A stretch of 64,000 nt of DNA from Basidiobolus meristosporus CBS 931.73. Taxonomy: Eukaryota > Fungi > Basidiobolomycota. A program made the position numbers and the translations under genes. The DNA is taken from the NCBI GenBank assembly GCA_002104905.1, contig MCFE01000098.1, positions 62,001 to 126,000 of the forward strand, read 5' to 3'. Of the stretch, positions 25,620 to 38,272 are shown in pieces; position 1 is the first letter of the stretch; each line of letters begins with the position of its first letter. Under the pieces are notes generated by a model, which was not told the DNA's origin, made no database searches, and saw only the letters and a program-made list of their open reading frames with translations.

Positions 25620-27200
25620 CAGCAAAAACCAGCAGCTTCCTCAAGGGCTTGTCAGCAGCAGGACTGAAGGCTCAAAACAAGTGGCAAAGAAATGTTAGGT
25701 AGTTAGAAGAGTTCTGCTAAGAGACAGGCAGGCAGGTGCAGATGCACCAGTGCAGCATTTATCAAGGAGAGATTGTAGTTCAGTACAAGAAACACTTGGT
25801 AACAGTAGCAGTGAAGAACTTAACAGTAATGCAAACCTACAGCTTTCTCAGGAGCCCATCACACACATGACTGAAAGCTCCAAATAAGTGGTGAAGAAGC
25901 ATCAAGTTGCCATTAGAGTGCTGGCAAGGGGCAAGCTGGAAAAACAGATGCATAAGTGCAGCATTCATCACAAAGAAGATATAGTACAATACAAGAAGCA
26001 CTCAGGCACATTATCAGTGCAGGGCTTGAGAGGGATAAAAGCATGTGGCTTTCTCAGGAGCCCATCACCAGCAGGGCTGAAAGTTCCAAGCAAGTGGCAA
26101 ACAAATGGCGGGTTGCTGGGAGAGTGCTGGCAGGGGACAAGCTGGCAAACACAGATGCACCAGTGTAGCATTGATCAAGGAGAAAGCAGTGAAGAATAAA
26201 AGAAGCACTTAGTCAAAGTAGCAGCAAAGACTTAGAAGTGATATAGATGAAGGTAAGTAGAAAAAAGACTACACAAGCCAGAGACAGAGAAGTGTGCAAA
26301 AAAAGCTGCAGTTCTTGCCAGTTAATGCCATCAGCACAGAACAGGCTAAATCTCATCACAGCCAAGAAGAATTACCAACAAGACAAAAGCTGCTTTCTCT
26401 ATAGCTGGAAGCACAGCCAGTTGAGCTATACCTCACTGAGGTAGATGGGCCTGCAGAGAAAAGCAATTTGTGTACAACTGCCTCCACATCCTCAGGCTGA
26501 AAGCTCCAACAATGGACAAGAAAGCACCAGGTAGCCAGCAGAGTGCCAGCAAGGGACATGCAGGTAAAAACAGATGCATCAGTGCAGCATTTGTCAAGGA
26601 GAAAATGTAGCTCAATACAAGAAGGACTCAGTCATAGTAGCAGTGATGAATTGACAGTGATAAAAGCCTGTGGCCTTCTCAGAAGACCATCACAAGCAGG
26701 GTGGAAGGTTCTAAGCAAGTGGCAAAGGAACATTTGGTTGCTGAGAGAGCACTGGCAAGGGACAAGCAGGCAAACACACCCTTAGAAAAAAATAAGAAAT
26801 GGCCAGCAAAATACTGTCATAATATCAGCTTAATTCCAAGTTTCTCCAAATTGACAACTATCAATATCCCTGTTGGTAGCTGATGAGCAGGCAGGCAAAC
26901 AGGTTTTCCAGGAGGTCAACTGGCATCCATACAAAACTTGGTAATTAGCTGCCCATCACTTCCATCAGAAATTGCATTTGAGATTTTGATCCAGAAATGC
27001 TAGCTGAATACAAGCAAAAACCATTGAAATCAGCTATAAATCAGATGAATTCCAAGTTTGAAATTTTTCATAGGGATAGGTGCACCAGTGTTGCATTCAT
27101 CAATGAGAAAGCAAAATGAAATACAGGAGGTACTCAGTCAAAGTAGCAGTTAAGAACCTGGAGGTGTTAATGGTAAAGGTAGAGAGTGAAAAGTCCACCC
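25620..27200 (+). repeat. Diverged tandem array of ~207-nt (69-codon) units, 5' part of family D ORF
   Basis: (C/T)TTTCTCAGGAGCCCATCA-like anchors recur at ~25633, 25842, 26049 and 26673. Units translate as WLSQEPITSRAESSKQVA...LANTDAPVQHSSRRK.S.IQEALS.SSSE. Confidence 0.6.
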
Positions 27201-28579
27201 AAACCAGAGACAGGGAAGCATGAGAGAAAAGCTGCTGTTCTCACTGGTCATTGCCATGAGCCCACAGCTGGCTGAATCCCATCATAGCCAAGAAGGATTA
27301 CAACAAGAAAACAGTTGTTTCCACATGAATTTGAAGCACAACCAGTTAAGCTGCGCTCCAGTAAAGTAGATGAGTATGCAGAGACAAGTAATTTGTCTAC
27401 AAAAGCCTTTACATCCTCTGTTGTAGACAGAGTGGAGATCCTATTGACAAACAAAGTCACAAGTTAAAGAGCTCAAATACTATCACAATGCCAACAGTGG
27501 AATTTTGGAACAATAATAGTCACACCATAAGGTTGCAGCACTTCTTCAAGAGCGGTGCTTAAGAAAACACATTTGAATATTGGAAGGATTTATTGCAAAA
27601 ACAGGCATATGTGGTGCTAGATCTTGCAGTGCTGGCTGAAAACCAGACTTTATGGGAACCAGTAAATGAATGGTGGTAGAAAGCTCTAGGACTCCCACTA
27701 AAATCATGTAAAAAGGGCATTGCAGCAGAAATACTTATTGGATGGTAAATTTTAATGTAGCTACTTGTTGAGTATGGGGTTGGGCTTAAAGTTAGCATTG
27801 GGTGTAAGGACCTATGTAGGTCAAAACAATTGACAAAGACTTGTTCCATTGTACCATGCCAGGGTATGCGGCACAATCCAAGGTTGTAAAGAATGATTGG
27901 GCGCAATATTATTGCTACCAGAAGGCAGGATTGTTCTTGGATGATTTCGCACTATGCAGGACAATCTTGCACACTATGGCACAATCTGACATGATGAGGT
28001 TGGCATGGATGATTGTGCCAACTCGTAATGTTTGCATCACGTGCGCAATTGGATATTGCTTTAATGGCAGGTAAAATCCGGCATTTGGATATGTTTCTTT
28101 AATGTAAATGGAAATAAATGTGTATCACACTATAAACTACACTGATACTTACCATTTTGGTTACCCTCACTCCAATTGGACGGTATCTCAGTGGTTAATT
28201 GGTCCAAAAGTATCCTGAAGCTGGCAGCCCCCAATTGGCTCATTGACTACTGAAAAAGCTACCTGATTTGCCATCAAATATCCCATTTTGCCCATTGAGC
28301 AAGTCAATCCCTGATCCTAGTGATTGGACAAGGTGTCATAGCTAGCATGCAAGCAATCGTGTAGGTGCAAAACAGATCCAATAGCTGCACTGGTATTACA
28401 GATGACCTATATATATGCAGGGTGTTTATTTAAAGGGGTTCTGTCTCAAATGTGAGACAACCTTGATATTACTTATATCAAAGATTTGATGATCACTGAT
28501 TTGCGATGGCTTGATTTGGATTGCAAAAAAAAAGGGTTGTTGGGATCATTACAAATGTGAGCAATTCAAAGCAATTGCA

Positions 28580-29811
28580 TCATCTTCTCCTGGGTTTTTT
28601 TCTCACAGGGATTACTACTGAAGCATTTGGTAGTGACTCACTTTGCACACCTATACTACTTCCTGGCTGACTATCATCTTGGCTACTTGTGTATTTGTAG
28701 TCAGTATTTTGCCTCCTAGTTGATGAGTGCAATGCTGCAGCTTGGCCGCGCTGAATCACTCCAACTGAACCAACTGAACCAGCCTGTAGTGCCACGCGCT
28801 GACGTGTTCTTTTATTGGCCAAGGGCTCCGGTGGTTGAAGCACTTCATGTTGGTCATCATCAGTCAGTACACCAGAAGTAACTTGCTGATGGTCAGGCAA
28901 AATGGCATGCGCAGGCGCGCCTTGACGCGTTGAGATGGCCCTTGGCTGAGTTTGATGTGATGCCGCATGTTGATGTAACTTGGTCTGCTCCAATTGACTC
29001 GTGTCTAAATGAGCAGTTTGGTGAGTTCCAGTAGTTTTGCTCTGAAGCGCGTGCATTGACTTGACGTGGGGCATTCTGGTAAGGGTGTTGGCGTGGTCTG
29101 GACTGATGTGCGCCGGCGTGCTGTGGTTGTAAGAGATAGTAGGGAATCCAGCAAGGCGTGCTGGTGCAATCTGGACAATGTTGCTTGCGGTCTGTATTCT
29201 TCCTCCTGAAGCTCACCATCTGATTCCTCAAGGTATTCACTTACCCTCTGTCTGATACTTTGGAGCTGTTGCCTGGATGAGTCCTGTGTATATTGCTCTT
29301 GGAAGCCACTTAGCTCTACTAATATATCACGTAGTACATTAGTCATTTGAGGCAAAAACTCATTCAAAATCTCTTTGGTTCCCAAAGTTGAGGCACAAAC
29401 GGACGCGTCCGGCCCATACTGTGCAAATTGCGCGCAAAATTGTTCCCGCGTGGCTTCTTTGTCAAATCCCCTCACTCTCAGCTCATTCTTGATTTCAATA
29501 CTTGTCTTGTTATATATCTTTTTACATACATTGGCTGACATCTTGATGTAGAACTCATGCCACAGCTTTCTACTCAAATTCTTCCATCTTTGTTGACTCT
29601 CTGAGGTATCTAGTTCTGCTAGATTAATCAGTAGTGCCCAAATATCTGTATGAAGGCTCATCATAGACACTTGGGCCATACTAAAATCATTTGGCAAGAA
29701 CTCAAATGGATCCAACATCAATTTCTCCAGTCTGGACCGCGTCTGTGAGCTGGGGGATGGGTTTTGTCTGGGTTGTACTAAAGATGAGTTGAGGCTTGGT
29801 ATGGGGACCAT
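28580..29811 (-). CDS. PHIS ORF2, unknown function (268-aa open frame 29005-29811 plus an overlapping downstream frame ending RKKPRRR)
   Basis: A homolog exists in copy 2, with conserved ELSGFQEQxTQDSSRQQ and terminal RKKPRR. How the two frames join (intron or frameshift) is unresolved. No Myb/SANT domain recognised by eye. Confidence 0.55.
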
Positions 29812-30169
29812 AGCAACAGATTTGGATACTTATACAGCAGTATATTGGCATCTACCTGGTCTTATATGAAATATATATGAAAACTAATGTGATAGTTGAA
29901 TTTTCCATATATTATGCATGATGCATCTTGGATTGCGTTGACACAGATCAGATCACATCAATCACAGATTTCCTATTTGATTATAGACCTATAATTAAAG
30001 CATCAATGAAAGTACCAAGGCATTGTTTGCGGATGATTTTTGCAACATAATGATGGGATACATGGCAATTGATGGAGATTTAACCATAATGTATTAAAAT
30101 CAGACAAATAATGCGGATTGCGCCAAATTGATTCAAACCGCCTCCATACAATCATCCATCAATTTTAAT

Positions 30170-31054
30170 ATGACTTACTCATCTGAATGGTCTTTTCTCA
30201 TCAATCCCATCACTACCACTGGATTTCCTTTTGACACACTAGAGGAGATCTATTCCAAGTACTGTGGACCATCAACCCCAATCTACTCAAGGAGATCCCT
30301 GGTTAAGCTTCTTTGCTATTACAAGAACTATTGCCCTACAAGGTTTCATCCCACCATGCATGGCAACAAAAGTCCTAGAAGCTTTCATTCCCAGCTGACA
30401 GCAATGGAGAACCATCTTGCAGAGGGTATGAATGACTTAGAGCAAGCTTGGAATACTAGGTTCAGAAGCTCCAATAGACTTCCATATCCCAGAGTGTTCA
30501 GCAACAGGTTCCATATCAGGAGTATTTTTGATACCTTCCCAGTGAGGATTAACAGACCTTCTAGAGGGCAGAGGCACTTTTATTCTGGCAAGTACAAGGC
30601 ACACTGTGTGAAGTTTCAAGCACTGTCTGACATTGAGGGTAACATCATCTGGTTTAGTGGGCCATTTGCTGAAAGTAGGCATGACAAAGCACTCTGGGTA
30701 GAGAATCATCCTGAACTCAGTAGAGGGGAGAAATGTATGGCAGACTTAGCCTATATAGGAGAGGATTGTCAGAGATTAGGATGTATTACAGCTTATAGGA
30801 AGCCAAGGAATGGTGTGCTTAGCAGGAAGCAGAAGCTCTACAATTAGATATTTAATCATTTCAGAGTAAGAGTAGAGCACACATTTGGATATCTGAAGAG
30901 ATTCAGCATATTGGCAGGTAAATACAGAGGAAAGTCATATATAGGAGAAAATAGCAGAATAGGTAAAATAGTTAAGATACTTATTAATGCACAGTATGTT
31001 TATACAAGAAGACATCCACTGAGAGAAATGTGTCTGGAGCATTATGAAGAGTAA
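30170..31054 (+). pseudogene. DDE_Tnp_4 (Harbinger/IS5-like) transposase, 294 codons with one in-frame TAG at 30845-30847
   Basis: Motifs SIFDTFPV, YSGKYKAHCVKFQ, GPFAESRHDK, ADLAYIG and RVRVEHTFG. Copy 2 has GAG at the stop position. Confidence 0.85.
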
Positions 31055-32079
31055 ATAAAGCAAGGAAAGCACTATTCTGAGCAACATAAGTAAGATTGAG
31101 TAAAATTACCAGTAACTCTATCATACCACTGGCATCATGGTAGGAATTATAGTGCCAGATAGTGCTGTAGAGTGCCAGATTGATCTGGCACCATAAACAG
31201 GCTGGCACTATGTGGCACTATCCAACGGAACAAGTCTAATTAATTATAACCAAAGTTTCAACAGAAATAAATCAATTTATATACATAAAAAGTAAGAGAA
31301 TTGGCTGAGTCAGGAACTACAGAGTGTGAAAAGAGGCAATATCCAATTGATGTACACAAATATAGAAGGTAATTGAGCATATAGGATTGGAAAGCATGAG
31401 AATTAGCAGAGAACCAAGTAATAGCCACTCATGTATTGCTGTGATGAAAAATTTTGACTAGGCTTTTGTGAAATCTGGGGTGCATTATCTTGTAACAGTC
31501 TTTGCATGGTGTCCTGGTGGATTCACACCTTGTAGTCAAGGGACTTGATATTTGTGACAGCATTTTAAAGGGATTTTTTTCTCAGCTGGGGAAGCTACAT
31601 ATAATAACTCTGAAGGATGAAAGTGTTTGGGCTATCAGGCAAGCAATATATGTGGTACAAAGCTACAACTTTGCAGTGTGCCAATCAGACACAGGCACAG
31701 CACCTGTGAGAATCTCACATGATTTGATTGCTGGTTCAAAAGTTACATGCAATTGAAGTCATCATAGTAATCCTAGCAATAAAGGCCTAGTAGATATGAT
31801 ATTGGACTCATTGGATTATAACTCCTTAAATACTTCTTAGATGATCTATAATTTGAAAAACATGTTGGTGACTGAGTGTTTTGCATGACATAGTATTGTG
31901 AGGTAGATTGCTTGTCAGGGTCTTGAGCTTTTGTCCCTCAAAATTGGAAATACTTGAGCTTTCATTGGTGTGTTACAATTGCAAAAGGCAAATAAAGAAA
32001 TAAGTGCCATATTGGTCTTGAGATATTGTAGTAGTGGAATACTCTGTATTACAACACTTCATGTATCAAACTGTGTTTT

Positions 32080-32487
32080 CTCCTTGATATATGATGCTCT
32101 GATACATCTGTTTTAGCTTGCTTGTTCCTTGCTGGCACTCTCCTGGCAACCTGATATTGCTTTTCTGCTTATTTTGAGCTCTCATCCCTAGTTGTGAAGG
32201 CTCTTATGGTAGCTATTGGTTTTTAGCACTGCCAGGTCCTTCACTGCTACTCTGACTGAGTGCTTCTTGAGTGGAACTATGCTTTTTCCATGATAAATGT
32301 GGTGTTGGTATATCTGAGTCTGCCTGCTTGTCCCTTATTGGCACTCTCCCAGCTACCTGATGTCTCTTTGATGCTTGTTTATTGCTTATAGCTGGGCTTG
32401 AAACAGGCTCTTGAGGAAGCCACTGGCTTTTAGCCATTGCATCCTTGTTCTTCTGCCTTTGATAGTTTCTGCAATTCTTGATATAAT
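32080..32487 (-). repeat. Family D 69-codon repeat units, inverted fragment
   Basis: Translates as QWLPQEPVSSPAISNKQASKRHQVAGRVPIRDKQADSD..QEALSQSSSE, homologous to the 25620-27200 units. Confidence 0.55.
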
Positions 32488-32831
32488 AGACTTGTTCTGT
32501 TGGATAGTGCCACATTGAGCCACCAGTGCCAAATGATGCCATAGTATGCCAGAGAGGCCAAGTGAACCTATACTTGGCCACAGAGTGTGAAAAATAGTTC
32601 TGCATCTCCATGCAAAGCAGCCCCTGTGTTTCACCTATGATGGAAGAGAAAACCCATTTTTTGATGTTTTTTTGTGGATCAATGTTGTGCAGGATTTGTA
32701 AGAGCACAAAAGGATTGAAGACATGCATCAGGTGCTCAATACCCATGGCACTCTGAATCTAGCTCCTGTGGCTTGTAACATGTCACAACAATGCATGGAA
32801 TATCTTGGTCCACTGGTACTATCTGGCACTA
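32488..32831 (+). mobile_element. Single arm of the PHIS-derived foldback MITE
   Basis: Starts AAT|AGACTTGTTC and is collinear with 36860-37206. The second arm is missing. Confidence 0.75.
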
Positions 32832-34542
32832 CAAATGCTTTGTATAGATCTTACTTTAGGGCAAATAATTAAATATAGTGCCACAGAGGTCAGCATGCAA
32901 TTGCAGCATAGTTGGCACGCTTTAAGCCATTGGCCAGAATACAAAATTGATTGGAAACAGGAGATACTTAAGATAGAGGGTATCTGTTGGCGCAAAAGCT
33001 TTCCACTGGGAGCAATGCATTTGCTTTCAACAATTTACCTATACTGATGACCTAGTTGTACATGGGGCATTTCAAGCTAAACAAGCCTTTGAAGATACCA
33101 GAGAAATTTGAAAGAAATGGCATGATATTACAGAGTATCTTCTACCCTAAGTACCTCACACAGGCACCAATCAATATTTATACACATATGCAACAATACA
33201 AATGCAAGGACTGGATGAACTGGATATGTATTTACTCTGGTGGCCTTCTGAAGTCATTTTATCAAGAATACATTGGAAGCACTAGGAGTCATATGTGGAC
33301 TCTGTAGGAGTATTTATCTAGAAGTGGATTGCAAATGCAACTTGACACATCTACAGCTTTTATGCAAAGAGTTTGTGACTGGACTTGAGTGGCTATACTA
33401 CAAACATAATGCTGAATGCATAGATATCTGCTGCTACTGTATCCATTTGCTACTCCATCTTGCTCATGTCAAACCAAATAGTTTTATTTGCAATGAAGAT
33501 ATCCCAGCCTTCAGCAGGATAGCCAGCTTCTCTGGACACAATGAATGGTATTGCTGTCAAGTGTGTGAGATCCTGGGGACTTACTCATAACTCACACACA
33601 TTATCATTACCCAAGCGCTGGCACTGAGAGCATCATTTTTATGCTGAGAGAATGTACAGAAGTCAGCATGCAACTGCAGTAAAGATGACAAGCTATAAGC
33701 CATTGGCCAGAATATGGAATTAATTGGAAACTGGAGATGCTTTAGATATAGGGCCTCTGTTAGGGCAAAAGCTTTCCACTGGGAGCAATGCATTTGCTTT
33801 TCAACAATTTACCTATACTGATAACCAAGTTGTACATGGGGCATTTCAAGCCAAAGGAGTGCTTCACAATACCAGAGAAATTGAAAGAATTGGCAAGATA
33901 TTACAGAGTATATGCCACCCTAAGTACTTCACACAGGCACCAACCAATACTTATACACATATGCAACAATACAAATGCAAGGACTGGATGAACTGGATAT
34001 GTATTTACTCTGGTGGCCTTCTGAAGCCATTCCTACCAAGAATACATTGGAAGCATTGGGAGTCATATGTGGATATTGTTGGAATAATTATCTAGAAGTG
34101 GATCACTAATGCCAACTTGACATGTATACAGCTTTTGCGCAAGGAGTCTGTGCTAGGACTTGAGCAGCTATACTATAAACATTATACTGAATGCCTGGAT
34201 CTCTGCTGCTACTGTATCCATTCTCTACTCCATCTTGCTTGGTGTGTGGAGAATATTGAGCCTTGCATCACCTTTTGAGGGTCCCCTATGGAGCAGATGT
34301 GTGGGAAGAGTGGAAGACAAGTCAAGTTGCAGATACCAACATATCCCAATCTCATCAAGAATATTGTCTTCAAGTCCATTATGGATGTGATGAAATGGTG
34401 CATGGAGGACACCCAGGAAGAGTTGGAAAATACTGATGACAGATGTGCACATGGAGACATCTATGCCTATGGCATTTAGTAGCCATGCAGCCCCAATGCA
34501 TGGGTAGTAAGCCAAGTAATGCAAAGTTGGGCTAGGTGTAAC
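32832..34542 (+). mobile_element. CACTA transposase C-terminal fragments with an internal ~570-bp tandem duplication
   Basis: Reverse complement of 420-1400. Segment ~32880-33468 recurs at ~33660-34240 (CKDWMNWICIYSGGLLK appears twice). Confidence 0.7.
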
Positions 34543-36017
34543 TGTTGTAAGAGTCTTGGAGATATGGGAAGTGACTGGGATGACTAGTAGATTATGAGAT
34601 TTTCACTTAGTGATTTATTATATGTAAAAGTAGTATTTATGCTTTTACATAATTTTTGCATAAGAACACATAGAAACAGGTTAAGAAAGGACCCAAGAAC
34701 ATGCGTGCAAAGTTGGGGCTGCTTGGACAACTCTGAGAATTTTCATGTTCTGGGTATCTGGTATTTTGGTGAAAATATTTCAAGTAAATCACAACAAGAA
34801 ATTTGGTCTGTATTCTCTAGGGTTTTAAGGTAATGATCTAAGTGACCAAGTTTGGTGAGTACTTGGGTGGAAATACAAATCTTTACAACAATCCCATTCA
34901 GCTAAATGTTCATACAGATTAGTCCTAATTTTGACCTAAGATATTCAAACTTGTCTCTAGCAAATGGTTTGGTAAATATGTCTGCAATCATTTCATCTGA
35001 AGTACAGTATACTAAGCTAACTAAGCTATTCTCTATACCTACACATATGAAATGATGTCTACTATATATGTGCTTAGTACTAGCATAAAAAGTTGGATTT
35101 CTACCCATTGATACATCTTTGATTATCTTAAAATACAGTAATAAGTGTTTTTGGACTTAGACCTAAATCTGTGAGAAGCTTTCTTAACCACATTGCGTCC
35201 TTTGTAGCCTCACAGGATGCCATATACTCTGCCTCTGTGATGGAAAGTGCTACAGTTGGCTGCTTTCATGAATTCCATGAAATTGCTCCTTTACAGTAAA
35301 GAAAGGTGTATCCTGTGGTGGATCTTGTGTTTTTTACATATTGTTCCCAACCAGCATCAAAGTATCCCACAAGATTGTGTTCTGAACTCTTTTAAGTGTA
35401 CCTTATGCAGATATCAGCAGTTCCTATTATGTATCTAAAAATCCACTTAACTGCTGCAATATGATCAGATCCATAGTTCTGATTATGCTGGCTGACAATT
35501 CCCACTGAATATGAGATATCTGGACATGTTCCAAGCATGATATAAATCAGACTGCCAGCCATATATTGACAAGCAAAGTCAGGGCTTTCAGATGGCACCA
35601 AGTTCTCTTGATTTTGTTGAGATTTGACCAAGTTAAGGTTTGTCTCCACCGGGGTAGATACCAGTTTACAGTCTTCCATTTGGTACTTCTTTAGTATATT
35701 GTGAATATACTTGAGTTGGTGTAGGGTGATAGTCTGGGTACTTCTGTCTATGGAGAACTTTATCCCAAAGTAGTAACTGAGCTCTCCTAAATTGGATATC
35801 TTGAACTCTTTAGATAGGCCGGATTTAGTCACTTCCAGTGTTTTGAAGCTATTGGCAGCTATACTCAGATCATCCACATATAGAGCTAATAGTACTGGAT
35901 TTGCTCTATCTGGCTTATAGTATATGCTATAGTCAGCATTACTCCTTTCAAAACCCAAAGGTTCCAAATAAGAATCTATCTTGCAATTCCAGGTTCTTGG
36001 TGATTGTTTGAGACCAT

Positions 36018-38272
36018 TGTGGTGGTGTATAGGTTCAAGGGAGAGATACATCCAACACTTCTCAAGTGTTTTGTGTGTGGGGTGCTCACTGGGTGCAAGA
36101 ACCTCTGGCAAAAGCTTGCTAGGAATACTTGGGTTTTGTATCTAATCTAATGTGATGGGAAATAAAACCACCAGCTTGTCAAGGGAAAACTATTGATCTA
36201 CAATCTCCAACTTAGTTGGCATCTTAACAAAAGTATGTGCTGGGTTCAGCATCCTTTGAGATAACAATGTACTAAAGCTTCCAAAGTCAAAACAACTGTA
36301 AACTCCACCAGCAGGGACTTGATAAGAATGCAGCTGTGGTCAATAGTTACAAAGACAGAAAAGTATCTTTGCCTGTACAAGAACAAACTTGGGAAAGAAT
36401 CAAATATAATAAAAGATACCTACTCTGAGTATTTCTCACAAGTAGTGCCTCCAAGGTCAGTTGGCTGTCAGCGTGGTTTCCTGGGAGTGTCCTGTGGTCT
36501 AGGGTTGGAAGTTCAGGTAGCAGCAGGTAGCAGTGATCACACTAATCAACAAGTTGGTATATTGATAAAAAGGATGATGATTTATTGTAGAGGGATAGCC
36601 TCCCTTTTATACTTTTCTCACTGGCTAAGTGATTACTAATCATGGTGTTCCAGAAGGTTCCAGAGATCAATGGAAATCTTAATGACATCAGAATGACATG
36701 GGATAGTACTGATTGGGTAAGACAAATGGGATAAAACTAAAATGAGTGTAGTAGGGATATAGGGAAGTAGAAAATAAGGGAATGAGCACATCTGTCAGTG
36801 GGTGTCACTGTCACCCCACTACAGCGCAAGAACAAACTTGAGAAAGAATCAAACATAATAGACTTGTTCCGTTGGATAGTGCCACATTGAGCCATGAGTG
36901 CCAAATGATGCCATAGTGTGCCAGGGAGGCCAAGTGAGCCTAAACTTGGCCACAGAGTGTGGAACATAGATCTGCATCTTCATGCAAAGCAGCCCCTGTG
37001 TTTCACTCATTGCAATGGAGAAAATCCATTTTTTGACCTTTTTTTTTAGGTAAATGTTGTACAGGATGCGCAAGAGCACTAAAGGATTGAAGATAGGCAT
37101 CTGGTACTCAAAACCCATGGCACTCTGAATCTAGCTCCTGTGGCTTGTAACATGTCACAAAAATGCATGGCACTATCTTGGTCCACTGGTACTATCTGGC
37201 ACTATATTTAAATATTAGCCCCAAAGTAAGATCAATACACAGCACTTATAGTGCCAGATAGTACCAGTGGACCAAGATAGTGCCATGCATTTTTGTGACA
37301 TGTTAAAAGCCGCAGGAGCTAGATTCAGAGTGCCATGGGTATTGAGAACCAGATGTATATCTTCAATCCTTTAGTGCTCTTGCACATCCAGCACAATATT
37401 GATCCACAAAAAAACATCAAAAAAGGATTTTCTCCTGCATCATAGGTGAAACACAGGGGCTGCTTTGCATGAAGATGCAGATCTATGTTTTGCACTTTGT
37501 GGCCAAGTATAGGCTTGATTGGCCTCTCTGGCACACTATGGCATCATATGGCACTCATGGCTCAATGTGGCACTATCCAATGGAACAAGTCTAATAAAAG
37601 ATACCTACTCTTAGTATTCCTCACAAGTAGTGCCTCCAAGGTCAGTTGGCTGTCAGCATGGTTTCCTGGGAATGTCTTGTGGTCTGGGGTTAGAAGTTCA
37701 GGTAGTAGCAGGTAACAGTGATCACACTAATCAACAAGTTGATATTTTGATAAAAGGGATGATGATTTATTGTTGAGGGATTGCCTTGCATATATACTTT
37801 TCTCATTGGCTAAGTGATTACTAATCATGGTATTCCAGAAGGTTCTGGAGATCAATAGAAATCTTAATAACATCAGAATGAGCTAAGAGTATTCTAAGCA
37901 TGTGCCATAAGGTTCTAAGCAGCATAGCACATCCACCAATCAGGAATCAGTACTCTGAGACCTGCTTAACATAGGGATACCATATATGGTATGGAAATAG
38001 TAGGGATGGTGACACAGGTTGGTCATGTGTCACAGGTACTGGCATGGGTGCTTGCCCAATATAGAAGCACTTACAGCTAGTAATCTTACATAAAGTGAGG
38101 GATAACTTATAAAATAAGGTAAGCAGGTGTGATAGTTAACCGGCTTATGGGATGGTACTGATCAGGTAAGACAAATGGGATAAAACTAAGATAAGTGTAG
38201 TAGAGAAATAGGGAAGTAGAAAATATGGGAATGAGCACATCTGTCAGTGGGTGTCACTGTGACCCTGCTACA
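36018..38272 (-). mobile_element. Composite of family-B LTRs (36018-36823 plus a partial LTR 36828-38272) inserted in the Copia RT
   Basis: 4-bp TSD CCAT on both sides. Removing it restores KSLHGLKQSPRTW. GCGC lies at the internal junction. Confidence 0.8.
36860..37592. mobile_element. Non-autonomous foldback MITE (two ~346-bp inverted arms, 40-bp spacer) with PHIS TIRs
   Basis: Arms are 36860-37206 and 37247-37592. Perfect AAT TSD inside LTR B; the empty site is seen at 36401-36420. Confidence 0.88.

Larger units (their letters stand above)
27837..31237. mobile_element. Full-length two-gene PIF/Harbinger-superfamily (PHIS) DNA transposon, 3.4 kb
   Basis: 15-bp TIRs AGACTTGTTCC(A/G)TTG. Right flank AAT; left flank AA (imperfect 3-bp TSD). 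The host sequence is continuous across it. Divergent ORF2 and DDE_Tnp_4-type transposase genes. Confidence 0.85.
27390..31760 (+). pseudogene. Family D ORF remnant split by the PHIS insertion (27390-27836 and 31238-31760)
   Basis: The sequence either side of the PHIS element joins collinearly with 4274-5090 and 43140-43900. Confidence 0.5.

Noticed and set aside
25620-27200. Tandem array as CRISPR-like or satellite DNA
   Set aside because: Units are ~207 nt and diverged throughout, with no constant repeat and unique spacer. They are better explained as coding repeats.
29220-29244. Possible 25-nt intron GTAAGT...CAG in PHIS ORF2
   Set aside because: Far shorter than the 56-65 nt introns here, has no branch point, and does not lead into the frame with the conserved C-terminus.
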